Source: an uncultured Ignavibacteriales bacterium (GTDB taxonomy: Bacteria; Bacteroidota; Ignavibacteria; Ignavibacteriales; Ignavibacteriaceae). From it: a DNA stretch of 64,000 nucleotides. The stretch covers positions 35,369 through 99,368 of the forward strand of contig CAVSWT010000032.1 in assembly GCA_963731745.1 (NCBI GenBank). Direction: 5' to 3'. The position numbers and the translations under genes are program-made. Position 1 is the first letter of the stretch. Every line of letters begins with the position of its first letter. Of the stretch, positions 48,853 to 57,962 are shown piece after piece. The notes below the pieces were generated by a model that saw only the letters and a program-made list of their open reading frames with translations, was not told where the DNA came from and made no database searches.

Positions 48853-49809
48853 ATGATTAAAAAAGAAAGAGATAGTAAATTTATTATTTACCAGGTTCTT
48901 TACATTTTCGTGATAACCGTTCTGGCGTTAAAGGGAGCTGATTTGGATTTAAGCAGAGTAGTTTCAAAAGATAAGGCTGTAGATAAAAGTGTGCGCGATT
49001 CACTTGTTGTAATGATTGATTCTCTAAACGCTCTAGGACTTAAATTCGATATTAAAATTCAAGAAAATACTCTCGAAGAAAATCAGGAATTGAAAGAGAA
49101 GATCGCATCGATGAATATGAAAATGAAAGATCTTACACAAAAAATTAAAGAAATTCCACCGGAAGTAAAAAAGGAAGAACCAAAGCCTCCTGAAAAAGAA
49201 CAAACCAGGTTGCAATTGCCAATATCAAAAAGCGAAACTTTTATTCAATATACTTGGAACGTTGCAAGAAATACAGGTAATGTACAAACAGCACTTTATG
49301 ATCCAGATAATATGAATTCACCTTTAGTAGTAATTCCACCAAACTCCGAAAAGAAGTTTAATTTAACTGACCAAACTGAAGTTATTGCAAAATTTGGAAG
49401 TCAGGAGTCTAAAATTCAGGTTGTTCCAAATAAGCCGCCTGAAATAAAAATTGAGAGAGTTACAACTAAGATGAACGCCTCGGATATTTATGTTCGGGAT
49501 TTGCAGAGAATAACTGTATTTAAAGTTACTATAGTGGATGAAAGACCGGATCAGCTTAAAATTGTTAATTCAGGACCTATATCAGTTTCTGGCCCAACAA
49601 AAGATAACAAAGGAAATTTAGTTTATAACGTTTCATTAAAAATTGCCTCTACTCAAACAAAATATGATGAGTGGATTGATCGATATGGAAACCTTCGAGA
49701 ACCTGATGGAAGATATAAAGTAAACTTTTTCTTCACTGCCACTGACCAAATATCAAAGGATCGTGTTCAAGTTGGTGACTCATTTTATTTTACTGACTTT
49801 TCTAAATAA
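48853..49809 (+). CDS. Single-pass membrane protein; short GldM/PorM-like candidate
   Basis: The N-terminus MIKKERDSKFIIYQVLYIFVITVLALK aligns without gaps to GldM residues 1-27 (..PRQKMINLMYLVFIAMLALN). Matches are a basic residue at 9, Tyr17, Ile21 and LAL at 24-26. This is followed by a K/E-rich coiled coil and a beta-rich periplasmic part. It starts 9 nt after the upstream gene. Confidence 0.4.
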   Translation: MIKKERDSKFIIYQVLYIFVITVLALKGADLDLSRVVSKDKAVDKSVRDSLVVMIDSLNALGLKFDIKIQENTLEENQELKEKIASMNMKMKDLTQKIKEIPPEVKKEEPKPPEKEQTRLQLPISKSETFIQYTWNVARNTGNVQTALYDPDNMNSPLVVIPPNSEKKFNLTDQTEVIAKFGSQESKIQVVPNKPPEIKIERVTTKMNASDIYVRDLQRITVFKVTIVDERPDQLKIVNSGPISVSGPTKDNKGNLVYNVSLKIASTQTKYDEWIDRYGNLREPDGRYKVNFFFTATDQISKDRVQVGDSFYFTDFSK

Positions 49810-49829
49810 ATTATTGCGGAAATCAAATT

Positions 49830-50960
49830 ATGAAAAATAAAGTACTGCTGCTCTTTACATTACTTGTTCTTATAGTTGCTGTAAAAACTAATGCTCAAGA
49901 GGATGAAGAAAAAATAGTTTATTATCAAATGGAACCTCTTGATGACAGTTTATTCATTCATATACAAAATGAAGTTTTCATCGATCCGCCTGATCCAAAA
50001 GCTGAAATTATCGTTGACTTAAGAGATCCAAATGACCAGACTATTTCCATTAAAGGATCACTCTACCCTTTCCTAGCTTTAACTCCTGAAACAAGAGCAA
50101 AGATTATAACTTATCCTTTTAAAATTAATTTAGAAGAAAGTGTAAACTACGGAAGTGTTTTTACTCGTGTAGTCGACAAACTGAGTCTTAAAAAAGTGTT
50201 TTCTCCACCAACATTAACACAGATTTCTTCAACTCGTTATTTCGTCAATCCTTTCTTGCAATTATTTGGCGGCGAAAGATTTGGATTGCCGTTAAAGAAT
50301 GATATAGGAATTTCATTAGGTTTGGGAACCCCCTATTCCGGTCCGCTTGAAACAAATTTTATGGAAGCTAATTTTCATATACTAGGTTTTAAAGCCGGTG
50401 CTTTTACACGAATTGACGGCTTTGTGACAATAAAAGATGTAAACAACCACAACAATTTATATGTAACGGGTGGATATCAATTCAGTTATGTGCTTCCATT
50501 CGGGAACTTTTTTGAGGTCGGATTTCAAGGTCCTTTCGACACTCCATCAGATGCAGATTATAAGAATTTTCAGCAGTATGATACATTGGGATATCATGCA
50601 AAAATTGTAGATAAAGAATATCTAGACTGGGAATTGAGATATCCAATCAGTTTACTTGGATCTACCAGAGGAAAATTTTATGTAGCAAAATATTTAGGCG
50701 AATGGCATGCCGGTTATACAGGCCGGGAGTTATCTTTGGCTGGCAGCACTTTTGATTTTCGCTTTGATGCAATGCCCAAAAGTGATGTAAGACAGCCTCA
50801 ATATGTTGTTGATTTGTTAGTTCAAAAAGTTTTCGAAACCTGGGCATTTAGTGCTTTCGCAATTGGCCCTTCAGCTATATTTTCCAGACAAGATGATGGT
50901 AATTTTGGAATCACTTCCATATTTGTAAATTTTCGTCTAAAAGTGGGGACATCATTTTAA
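49830..50960 (+). CDS. Outer-membrane beta-barrel protein, unknown family (paralog A)
   Basis: Signal peptide ..VAVKTNAQ, amphipathic beta-strand pattern and a C-terminal beta-signal FVNFRLKVGTSF*. Confidence 0.6.
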   Translation: MKNKVLLLFTLLVLIVAVKTNAQEDEEKIVYYQMEPLDDSLFIHIQNEVFIDPPDPKAEIIVDLRDPNDQTISIKGSLYPFLALTPETRAKIITYPFKINLEESVNYGSVFTRVVDKLSLKKVFSPPTLTQISSTRYFVNPFLQLFGGERFGLPLKNDIGISLGLGTPYSGPLETNFMEANFHILGFKAGAFTRIDGFVTIKDVNNHNNLYVTGGYQFSYVLPFGNFFEVGFQGPFDTPSDADYKNFQQYDTLGYHAKIVDKEYLDWELRYPISLLGSTRGKFYVAKYLGEWHAGYTGRELSLAGSTFDFRFDAMPKSDVRQPQYVVDLLVQKVFETWAFSAFAIGPSAIFSRQDDGNFGITSIFVNFRLKVGTSF

Positions 50961-51036
50961 TATAATTTTTAAGCTACAATTCGATACATTTAAAAAAGTT
51001 TGGATAAATTATTTTATCACTTAATATGGTGACACC

Positions 51037-52200
51037 TTGCAATTTAAATTTTTACAGAATTATCATTACAAAAGAATTTTTTGGATAATTTTCTTTTCAC
51101 TAATTATAATAACTAATATTACTGCTCAAGAACAAGAAAAAAATCCTGCGCTTATAAAATATTTTCAAATGGAACCATTTGATGACAGTTTATTCGTCAA
51201 AATTCAGAATGAAGTATTTATTGATCCTCCCGATCCCAAGGCCGAAATAATTGTTGACTTACGTGACCCTAATGATCAATCAGTTGCTATTAAAGGTGCA
51301 TTGTATCCTTTTTTAGCATTTACACCCGAAACACGCGCGAGAATAATAACATATCCATATAAAATAGATTTGGAAGAGGATATAAATTATGGAAGTGTAT
51401 TCACACGTGTTCTTGAAAAAATGAAATTAAGCAAAGTGATTGCACCGCCAAGCAAGGCTCAAATAAGTCCTGGACTGCAATACATCAACCCATTTTTACA
51501 AGCTTATGGCGGTGAAAGATTTGGTTTCCCAATAAAAGATGATATAGGATTTTCAGTCGGAATTGGAACTCCTTACTCAGGAATATTGGAAACAAATTTT
51601 GTTGAAGCAAATTTTCATATCGTGGGATTTAAAGGAGGAATATTTAGCTCAGTTGACGGACTTACTGAACTTAGAACAAAGAACAACCATAATAATTTAT
51701 ATACAACTTTTGGAATACAGCTTGGATACGTAGTTCCATTTGGTAATTTTTTAGAATTCAGTCTTCAAGACGTAACAAATGAACCATCTAAAAATCAACT
51801 GAATAAGTATAGTAAAAATGATACGCTTGGATATAAAGCAAAAGTTTTACAAGATACTTACTTAAGTTGGGAATTCCGTTACCCCATACAAGTATTAGGT
51901 TCAACCAGATCAAAATTCTATGTTGCTAATTATCTTAGTGAATGGCATGTCGGATATACCGGACGCGAACTTTCCTTAGGAGGAAGTACTTTTGATTTGC
52001 GTTTAGATTATATGCCGAAAAGTGATGTTCGCCAGCCTCAGTTAGTTTTTGAAGTGCTTACACAAAAACTTTTTGGAAGCTGGGCTTTTAGTGCTATCTC
52101 ATTAGGGCCTTCGGCTGTATTTGCAAATACGGATTCAGGGAATTTTGGTTTGCTGACAATTTTTGTTAATGCAAGAATAAAAGTAGGAACCTCTTTCTAA
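51037..52200 (+). CDS. Outer-membrane beta-barrel protein, unknown family (paralog B)
   Basis: Colinear with paralog A, sharing blocks QNEVFIDPPDPKAEIIVDLRDPNDQ, GGERFG.P and GYTGRELSL.GSTFD.R.D.MPKSDVRQPQ. It ends FVNARIKVGTSF*. The only in-frame start is the TTG at 51037. Confidence 0.6.
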   Translation: MQFKFLQNYHYKRIFWIIFFSLIIITNITAQEQEKNPALIKYFQMEPFDDSLFVKIQNEVFIDPPDPKAEIIVDLRDPNDQSVAIKGALYPFLAFTPETRARIITYPYKIDLEEDINYGSVFTRVLEKMKLSKVIAPPSKAQISPGLQYINPFLQAYGGERFGFPIKDDIGFSVGIGTPYSGILETNFVEANFHIVGFKGGIFSSVDGLTELRTKNNHNNLYTTFGIQLGYVVPFGNFLEFSLQDVTNEPSKNQLNKYSKNDTLGYKAKVLQDTYLSWEFRYPIQVLGSTRSKFYVANYLSEWHVGYTGRELSLGGSTFDLRLDYMPKSDVRQPQLVFEVLTQKLFGSWAFSAISLGPSAVFANTDSGNFGLLTIFVNARIKVGTSF

Positions 52201-52204
52201 TTTT

Positions 52205-52969
52205 TTATTTAAGAAATTTCGCCGCACTTTTATCAAGATACCAATCGGATTTTTCGTCTAACGAATGAACCATTGCAGCAGGATATTTATTTCCAGATGC
52301 ATGATCTGTAAATATTTCCTTTATTTTATCCGCTTTTTCTTCGCCTGAAATAAAAAATGTAACTCGCGAAGAATTATTAATTAATTCTTCCGTCATACTT
52401 ATTCGTTTCTGCCCGCTCTGAGGATGAGTCGCAACCCCAAATAAATTCTCTGCAATATGTTCAAGTTTTTGATTAGGAAATAAAGATGCCGTATGCCCAT
52501 CTGCTCCCATTCCCAATAATACCCAATCAAATTGAGGATAGTTATTTTCACTAGCAGGTAAAATCTGATTCACCAATTTTGCATATCGCGCTGCTTCGTT
52601 TACAGGATTACTTTCGCCTTTAATTCTATGAATATTATCCCGGGGTATTTTTACATTTTCAAATAATAATTGTTCTGTCATTCCAAAATTACTTTCGGGA
52701 TCATCCGGGGCAACACATCTTTCATCCACCCAAAAAATCATTAACTTATTCCAAATAATTTTTTCGGAATAAGCTGTTGTTGCCAATAACTTGAACAAAG
52801 CTTTAGGAGTACTCCCGCCAGAAATTGCTAAATAGAAATTTTCTTTTTGAGTATTTTTAAGAGCGCTTATTAATTCATCTGCAACATGAATTGCCATCGC
52901 TTGGGGGCTATCAAATATTACTAAATTTCTTTTTATTACCATTTCTTTATTTTTATTCACAATTCGCAA
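52205..52969 (-). CDS. pgl: 6-phosphogluconolactonase
   Basis: LAISGGSTPKALF and LLGMGADGHTASLFP. Overlaps the zwf stop. The true start may be the Met at 52942. Confidence 0.85.
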   Translation of the reverse strand: MRIVNKNKEMVIKRNLVIFDSPQAMAIHVADELISALKNTQKENFYLAISGGSTPKALFKLLATTAYSEKIIWNKLMIFWVDERCVAPDDPESNFGMTEQLLFENVKIPRDNIHRIKGESNPVNEAARYAKLVNQILPASENNYPQFDWVLLGMGADGHTASLFPNQKLEHIAENLFGVATHPQSGQKRISMTEELINNSSRVTFFISGEEKADKIKEIFTDHASGNKYPAAMVHSLDEKSDWYLDKSAAKFLK

Positions 52970-54507
52970 TAAAGATCTTCGTCAGTGAGATTTTTACATG
53001 GATATCGCCATTCAATATTCGGCTCATCAAATAAATCAAAAGATTCCTTTGGCCCCCAAGTGCCGGCAGGATATCCGTAAACTTTTATGTTAGGATTTTC
53101 ATTCCATGCTTCAATAATTGGATCTACAAATTTCCAACATTCTTCTACAGCATCACCACGCGTATAAAGAGTTGAATCGTTTAATAAAGCATCAAGTAAA
53201 AGTCTTTCATAAGCCGCTGGTAATTCAACTTCGGTTATATCGGAATAATGAAAATCCATATTAACTTTTTGAATTTTAAATCCGGCTCCGGGAGTTTTTA
53301 ATCCAAACTTCAATAATATACCTTCATCCGGTTGGATTCTTATTACAAGCTGATTTGTAAATTCATAATGATTATCTCTTGCGAAAAGAAAATGGGGAGT
53401 ATTTTTAAAATGAATTACTACCTCAGTCACTTTTGTTGGCAGCCTTTTACCTGCACGAATGTAAAAAGGAACTCCGCCCCATCTCCAGTTATCAATATAT
53501 AATTTTACAGCAGCAAACGTTTCAGTTTTTGAATTAGGAGATACGCCTTTTTCTCCTCTATAACCTAATAATTTTTTACCTTTAACATTGGATTCTACAT
53601 ACTGGCCTCGAACAGTAAATTTATCAACTTCCTCTTTTTTTATTGGCCGCAATGCTTGAAAAACTTTTAAGGTTTCATTTCTAATAGAATTTGCATCAAA
53701 GTTTGCAGGCGGTTCCATTGCTATAAAAGCCGCAACCTGAAGCATATGATTTTGAATCATATCTCTTAAGGCTCCAATTCCCTCATAATAACCGCCGCGG
53801 CTTTCAACGCCTATATTTTCTGCTGATGTTATTTCTACCCGTTCAATATAGTTTCTATTCCAAAGCGGTTCGAAAATTCCATTTGCGAATCTTAATACCA
53901 AAACATTTTGAACTGTTTCTTTGCCAAGATAATGATCGATTCGATAAACCTGATCTTCATCGAAAACAGAGTGAAGTTTTCTATTTAGCTCTTCAGCAGA
54001 TTGGAGATTAAAACCAAAAGGTTTTTCAACAATAATTTTTTTCTCATTGCTTTCACCATTTTTGTGAAGATTTGATTTTCGCAGTCCATCAATAATTGTA
54101 TCGTATAATTTAGGCGGTGTGGATAAATAAAATATATGTTTCCCATCTATTTTAAATTTCGAATCTAATTCTGAAAGTTTTTGTTTTAATTTTGAATAAT
54201 CATCCGGATTCTCAGTTTCAATGGAAATATAAAATATACTTTTAACAAAATTCTCAATTGTATTTTTATCTATATTTTTTCTATCTGAATATTGAATTAT
54301 ACTATCTAACATTTTCTTTCGAAAGTCTTCATCAGAATATTCACTTCTACTCACACCAAGAATTGCAAATCCGCTGCAGAACAACTTCTGGTTATAAAGT
54401 TCGAATAAGGCAGGTATTAATTTTTTTTTAGTAAGATCTCCCGAAGCACCAAAAATTACTATAATGCTATTTTCCGGAGTGTGCATATTACTGTTTTTTA
54501 ATCCCAT
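52957..54507 (-). CDS. zwf: Glucose-6-phosphate dehydrogenase
   Basis: IFGASGDLTKKKL, RIDHYLGKE (active-site signature) and MIQNHMLQV. Confidence 0.95.
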   Translation of the reverse strand: MGLKNSNMHTPENSIIVIFGASGDLTKKKLIPALFELYNQKLFCSGFAILGVSRSEYSDEDFRKKMLDSIIQYSDRKNIDKNTIENFVKSIFYISIETENPDDYSKLKQKLSELDSKFKIDGKHIFYLSTPPKLYDTIIDGLRKSNLHKNGESNEKKIIVEKPFGFNLQSAEELNRKLHSVFDEDQVYRIDHYLGKETVQNVLVLRFANGIFEPLWNRNYIERVEITSAENIGVESRGGYYEGIGALRDMIQNHMLQVAAFIAMEPPANFDANSIRNETLKVFQALRPIKKEEVDKFTVRGQYVESNVKGKKLLGYRGEKGVSPNSKTETFAAVKLYIDNWRWGGVPFYIRAGKRLPTKVTEVVIHFKNTPHFLFARDNHYEFTNQLVIRIQPDEGILLKFGLKTPGAGFKIQKVNMDFHYSDITEVELPAAYERLLLDALLNDSTLYTRGDAVEECWKFVDPIIEAWNENPNIKVYGYPAGTWGPKESFDLFDEPNIEWRYPCKNLTDEDLYCEL

Positions 54508-54516
54508 ATTTTTTCC

Positions 54517-55410
54517 TTAGTTAGATTTTACTGCATGGCCGCCAAATTCATTTCTTAACGCAGCAAGTACTTTCATTGCAAAAGATTCTTGTTCTCTTGA
54601 ACGAAATCTATTGAACAATGAAGCAGAAATTGTATGAGCAGGTACTTCAAGTTCCATAGCGGTCTCAACTGTCCAACGGCCTTCCCCGCTGTCTTCCACG
54701 TATCCTTTAATTTTAGAAAGGCCAGGATCATTTGAAAGAGCGAGAGATGCTAATTCAAGCAGCCAGGAATTTACTACGCTGCCATGCTGCCACACTTTTG
54801 AAACACCTGTTAAATTAATATTAAATTTTGACTTTTCCATTATTTCAAATCCTTCTGCAATAGACTGCATCATGCCGTATTCTATTCCGTTATGAACCAT
54901 CTTTACAAAATGCCCGGCACCATTTTCACCGCAATGGAAATAACCTTCAACAGGAGCGAGAGTTTTAAAAATTGGTTCAACATAATCTACAATTTCTTTT
55001 TCACCACCATACATCAAACAGTAACCATTTTTTAGTCCCCAAATTCCTCCGCTAACTCCGCAATCAATAAAATGAATTGCTTTTTCATTTAATAATTTTG
55101 CTCTTCGAACAGAATCTTTATAAAATGAATTTCCGCCATCAATAATTATATCATCCTTATTCAATAAAGGTATCAATGAATCAATTAAGTCGTCTATGAT
55201 TTTACCCGAAGGAACCATTAACCAAATTATTTTTCTTCCTTTTAATTTAGAAGTTAACTCCTCTAACGAGTTTGAGGCTTCTGCTCCCTTTTTTGCTACT
55301 AAATCTATTTGTTCTTTTGATTTATCAAACACAGCTACTTGATGATCTTTTAATAATCTTTCTACCATGTTGCTTCCCATTTTACCGAGACCAATCAATG
55401 CTAATTCCAT
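54517..55410 (-). CDS. gnd: 6-phosphogluconate dehydrogenase, decarboxylating (short ~300-aa form)
   Basis: LIGLGKMGSNMV (NAD(P)-binding), GVSGG and GAGHFVKMVHNGIEYG. Confidence 0.9.
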   Translation of the reverse strand: MELALIGLGKMGSNMVERLLKDHQVAVFDKSKEQIDLVAKKGAEASNSLEELTSKLKGRKIIWLMVPSGKIIDDLIDSLIPLLNKDDIIIDGGNSFYKDSVRRAKLLNEKAIHFIDCGVSGGIWGLKNGYCLMYGGEKEIVDYVEPIFKTLAPVEGYFHCGENGAGHFVKMVHNGIEYGMMQSIAEGFEIMEKSKFNINLTGVSKVWQHGSVVNSWLLELASLALSNDPGLSKIKGYVEDSGEGRWTVETAMELEVPAHTISASLFNRFRSREQESFAMKVLAALRNEFGGHAVKSN

Positions 55411-55582
55411 TTTCTATCTCCATTTTTAATTTTTTTAACTCATAAGTGTTAATGACACAAAAGTTTAATTAAAAAGTTAATTATAATAATCAATGCAAGG
55501 TTTGCTATTTAACACATTTAGTAATCTCTTAAGAATTATTTAATTTAACGATAACAACTGTCAGCAATATTTTAATTTGAAC

Positions 55583-56347
55583 ATGAAACAAATAATTATT
55601 CTTTGGTCAAGTGCAATCTTAATAACTTTTTTGGCTGGCTTTATTCAAAGCGGTCTTAGTGAGTATTATCCTATAACAGGAACTTTTGGTATTGAAGGTA
55701 AAAAGGTTTCTTACAAGTTGGAAAAATTATATAGAGGTAATGAAAATTACCACATTCAAATCTTAACAGACATAGAAGGTTTATCCGGGAAAATTTATTG
55801 GCGAGTAAAAAATTCCGGAAAATCATGGCAAGAAATTGATATGACCTCCTCAAAAAAAATATTAGAAGGTTATCTGCCCGTTTTGAAGCCCGAAAAGCAA
55901 ACAGAATATTTCATTAAAATATTTTTTAAAGGTAAAGAATATAAAATACCTGGAGACAGAATCATTTCTATAAAATTTTTAGGCAATGTACCGCCAACAA
56001 TAATGAATCTTTATACATTTTTCCTTTTATTTGGAATAGTACTAAGTACGCGAACCGGCCTGGAATACTTCAACATAAATGCTAAAACTAAAAAGTTATC
56101 TTTAATTACTTTCTTTTTCTTTTTTTCACTTGCAATAGTTATCACTCCATTTAAGTCAACTTATGAATTAAATGCCATCAATCATAGTATACCAACTATA
56201 TCCAGGCTTTATGATTTTAAATCTTTATTTATGTTAGGAATCTGGACAGTGGCTGTATTGTTTATTTTTAAATCAAAATTTTCGAAGCTGTACGCATTGA
56301 TTTTTGCTTCAGTTATAATATTAGTTTTTGTCTTATTAAAAAATTAA
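55583..56347 (+). CDS. Membrane protein, hypothetical
   Basis: N-terminal TM helix, a ~120-aa soluble segment, then 4 TM helices. I recognise no motif. The ATG at 55583 is preferred. Confidence 0.45.
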   Translation: MKQIIILWSSAILITFLAGFIQSGLSEYYPITGTFGIEGKKVSYKLEKLYRGNENYHIQILTDIEGLSGKIYWRVKNSGKSWQEIDMTSSKKILEGYLPVLKPEKQTEYFIKIFFKGKEYKIPGDRIISIKFLGNVPPTIMNLYTFFLLFGIVLSTRTGLEYFNINAKTKKLSLITFFFFFSLAIVITPFKSTYELNAINHSIPTISRLYDFKSLFMLGIWTVAVLFIFKSKFSKLYALIFASVIILVFVLLKN

Positions 56348-56352
56348 GACAT

Positions 56353-57117
56353 TTAAGTATTTAATATTTTAATTACTTCTTGAAAAATACTAGGCGTACA
56401 TGCAATTATACTATTCCCTTTCAGAGCATCATTGCCATGATAATCAGTTATAATTCCACCAGCGCCTTTTAAAATTGGAATCAATGCCATCTTATCCCAA
56501 ACCGACATTTGGGGATCGATCATTATATCAGCAAATCCGGTGGCTACAAGATAGTATCCATAACAGTCACCCCAATTTCTGTATAATTTAACTTTCCTTA
56601 TCAGCTGATCAAAGGATTTACTATTTTGATATTTTTCAATGTTCAAATGATCAGTCGTTAACAATACCGCCTCTGATAATTTATTAGTTTGTCTCACTTC
56701 TACTTTTGTATCATTTAGCTGAGCTGATAAATTATCTCCGATTAAAAATTCATTTAATATTGGCTGGTTTATGACACCGATTAATGGTTTACCATTTTTC
56801 AGCAATGCAATCAGCGTTCCGAAAGTGACACTACCATAGATAAAACTTTTAGTTCCATCGATGGGATCTAGTATCCATTCATATTCAGCGCCAGTATTGT
56901 GCTTTCCAAATTCCTCGCCTAATATTCCATGATCCGGAAATTTTTTCATGATTTCTTCCCGCATCAATTCTTCGGCATTTTTATCAGCTATAGTGACAGG
57001 AGATAGATCATTTTTGGATTCAACAGAAATTTGTTTTCTAAAATAACTCTTAATAATTTCGCCGCTTATATTTGCAAGATGCTTTGCGAACAATTTGTAT
57101 TCAGATAAGTTTTCCAT
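56353..57117 (-). CDS. Inositol monophosphatase-family phosphatase (IMPase / HisN-like)
   Basis: ILGEEFG, WILDPIDGTKSF and WGDCYGY, the metal-binding motifs of the IMPase fold. Confidence 0.85.
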   Translation of the reverse strand: MENLSEYKLFAKHLANISGEIIKSYFRKQISVESKNDLSPVTIADKNAEELMREEIMKKFPDHGILGEEFGKHNTGAEYEWILDPIDGTKSFIYGSVTFGTLIALLKNGKPLIGVINQPILNEFLIGDNLSAQLNDTKVEVRQTNKLSEAVLLTTDHLNIEKYQNSKSFDQLIRKVKLYRNWGDCYGYYLVATGFADIMIDPQMSVWDKMALIPILKGAGGIITDYHGNDALKGNSIIACTPSIFQEVIKILNT

Positions 57118-57256
57118 TTATATAAATAATTATGGATGAAAAGTTTAATAACTAAAATGATAATTAATTAGCATAAAGTCATTTGTCGTAAATTAAATTA
57201 TTGTTATCAAAATAAAACTTGAAGTGCGTTTTTAAAATAGAAAAATTGGCCAACAT

Positions 57257-57585
57257 ATGAGAACGATAATTCTAATAACAATATCAAATATTTTTATGAA
57301 CATTGCATGGTACGGCCATTTAAAATTTAAAAGTGCCCGCTTTGGATTGTAATCTTAATTAGTTGGGGAATTGCATTTTTCGAATATATATTTCAAGTTC
57401 CTGCGAATAGAATTGGCTATGGGGAATTTAATGCTGCGCAACTAAAAACTATTCAAGAAGTTATTACTTTAATTATTTTTAGTATTTTTTCAATATTTTA
57501 TTTGAATGAACAATTCCGGTGGAACTACGCCGTAGGATTCTTATTTATTGTATTAGCTGTATTTTTTATTTTTTACAAATGGTAG
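57257..57585 (+). pseudogene. DUF486 / DMT-superfamily small membrane protein with a 1-nt frameshift
   Basis: Frame 1 reads MRTIILITISNIFMNIAWYGHLKFKSARFGL* with its stop at 57350-57352. The next frame continues PLWIVILISWGIAFFEYIFQVPANRIGYGEFNAAQLKTIQEVITLIIF...FYKW*. Total span is 329 nt (not a multiple of 3). The shift falls in the A/T run TTTAAAATTTAAAAGTG. Confidence 0.6.
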
Positions 57586-57672
57586 ATATTTTTTTTATAA
57601 ACAATTTAAATAGTCTTTGGGTGATTTAATAAACATTATTATATTTGTGTCTTAAATTTTGAAATAAAACTC

Positions 57673-57759
57673 GGAGAGTTGGCAGAGTGGTTGAATGCGG
57701 CGGTCTTGAAAACCGTTAAGGATGCAAGTCCTTCCGGGGTTCGAATCCCTGACTCTCCG
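57673..57759 (+). tRNA. tRNA-Ser (anticodon UGA)
   Basis: Cloverleaf folded by hand. Acceptor stem GGAGAGT/ACTCTCC plus discriminator G. Anticodon stem GCGGT/ACCGT with loop CTTGAAA. Long variable arm. T-arm CGGGG-TTCGAAT-CCCTG. Confidence 0.9.
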
Positions 57760-57962
57760 CGACTAAAAAAAGACTCAAAATACAACATGCAAATTGTGTT
57801 TTTGAGCCTTTTTCGTATAGTCTCGTCTCTCAGATACACTCAAATACCCCCTTTTAAAACTAGGTTTGGAGACTTTTTGGAGACCTTTTTAATATCGTAC
57901 TTTTATATATTATGACAATTATAAACTGACTAGGTAAAAAATCTTTTATTTAATATTTACTA

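Noticed and set aside
57639-57915. Track ORFs 57639..57839 (-) and 57679..57915 (+).
   Set aside because: Both overlap the tRNA-Ser gene and its flanks, so they are spurious.
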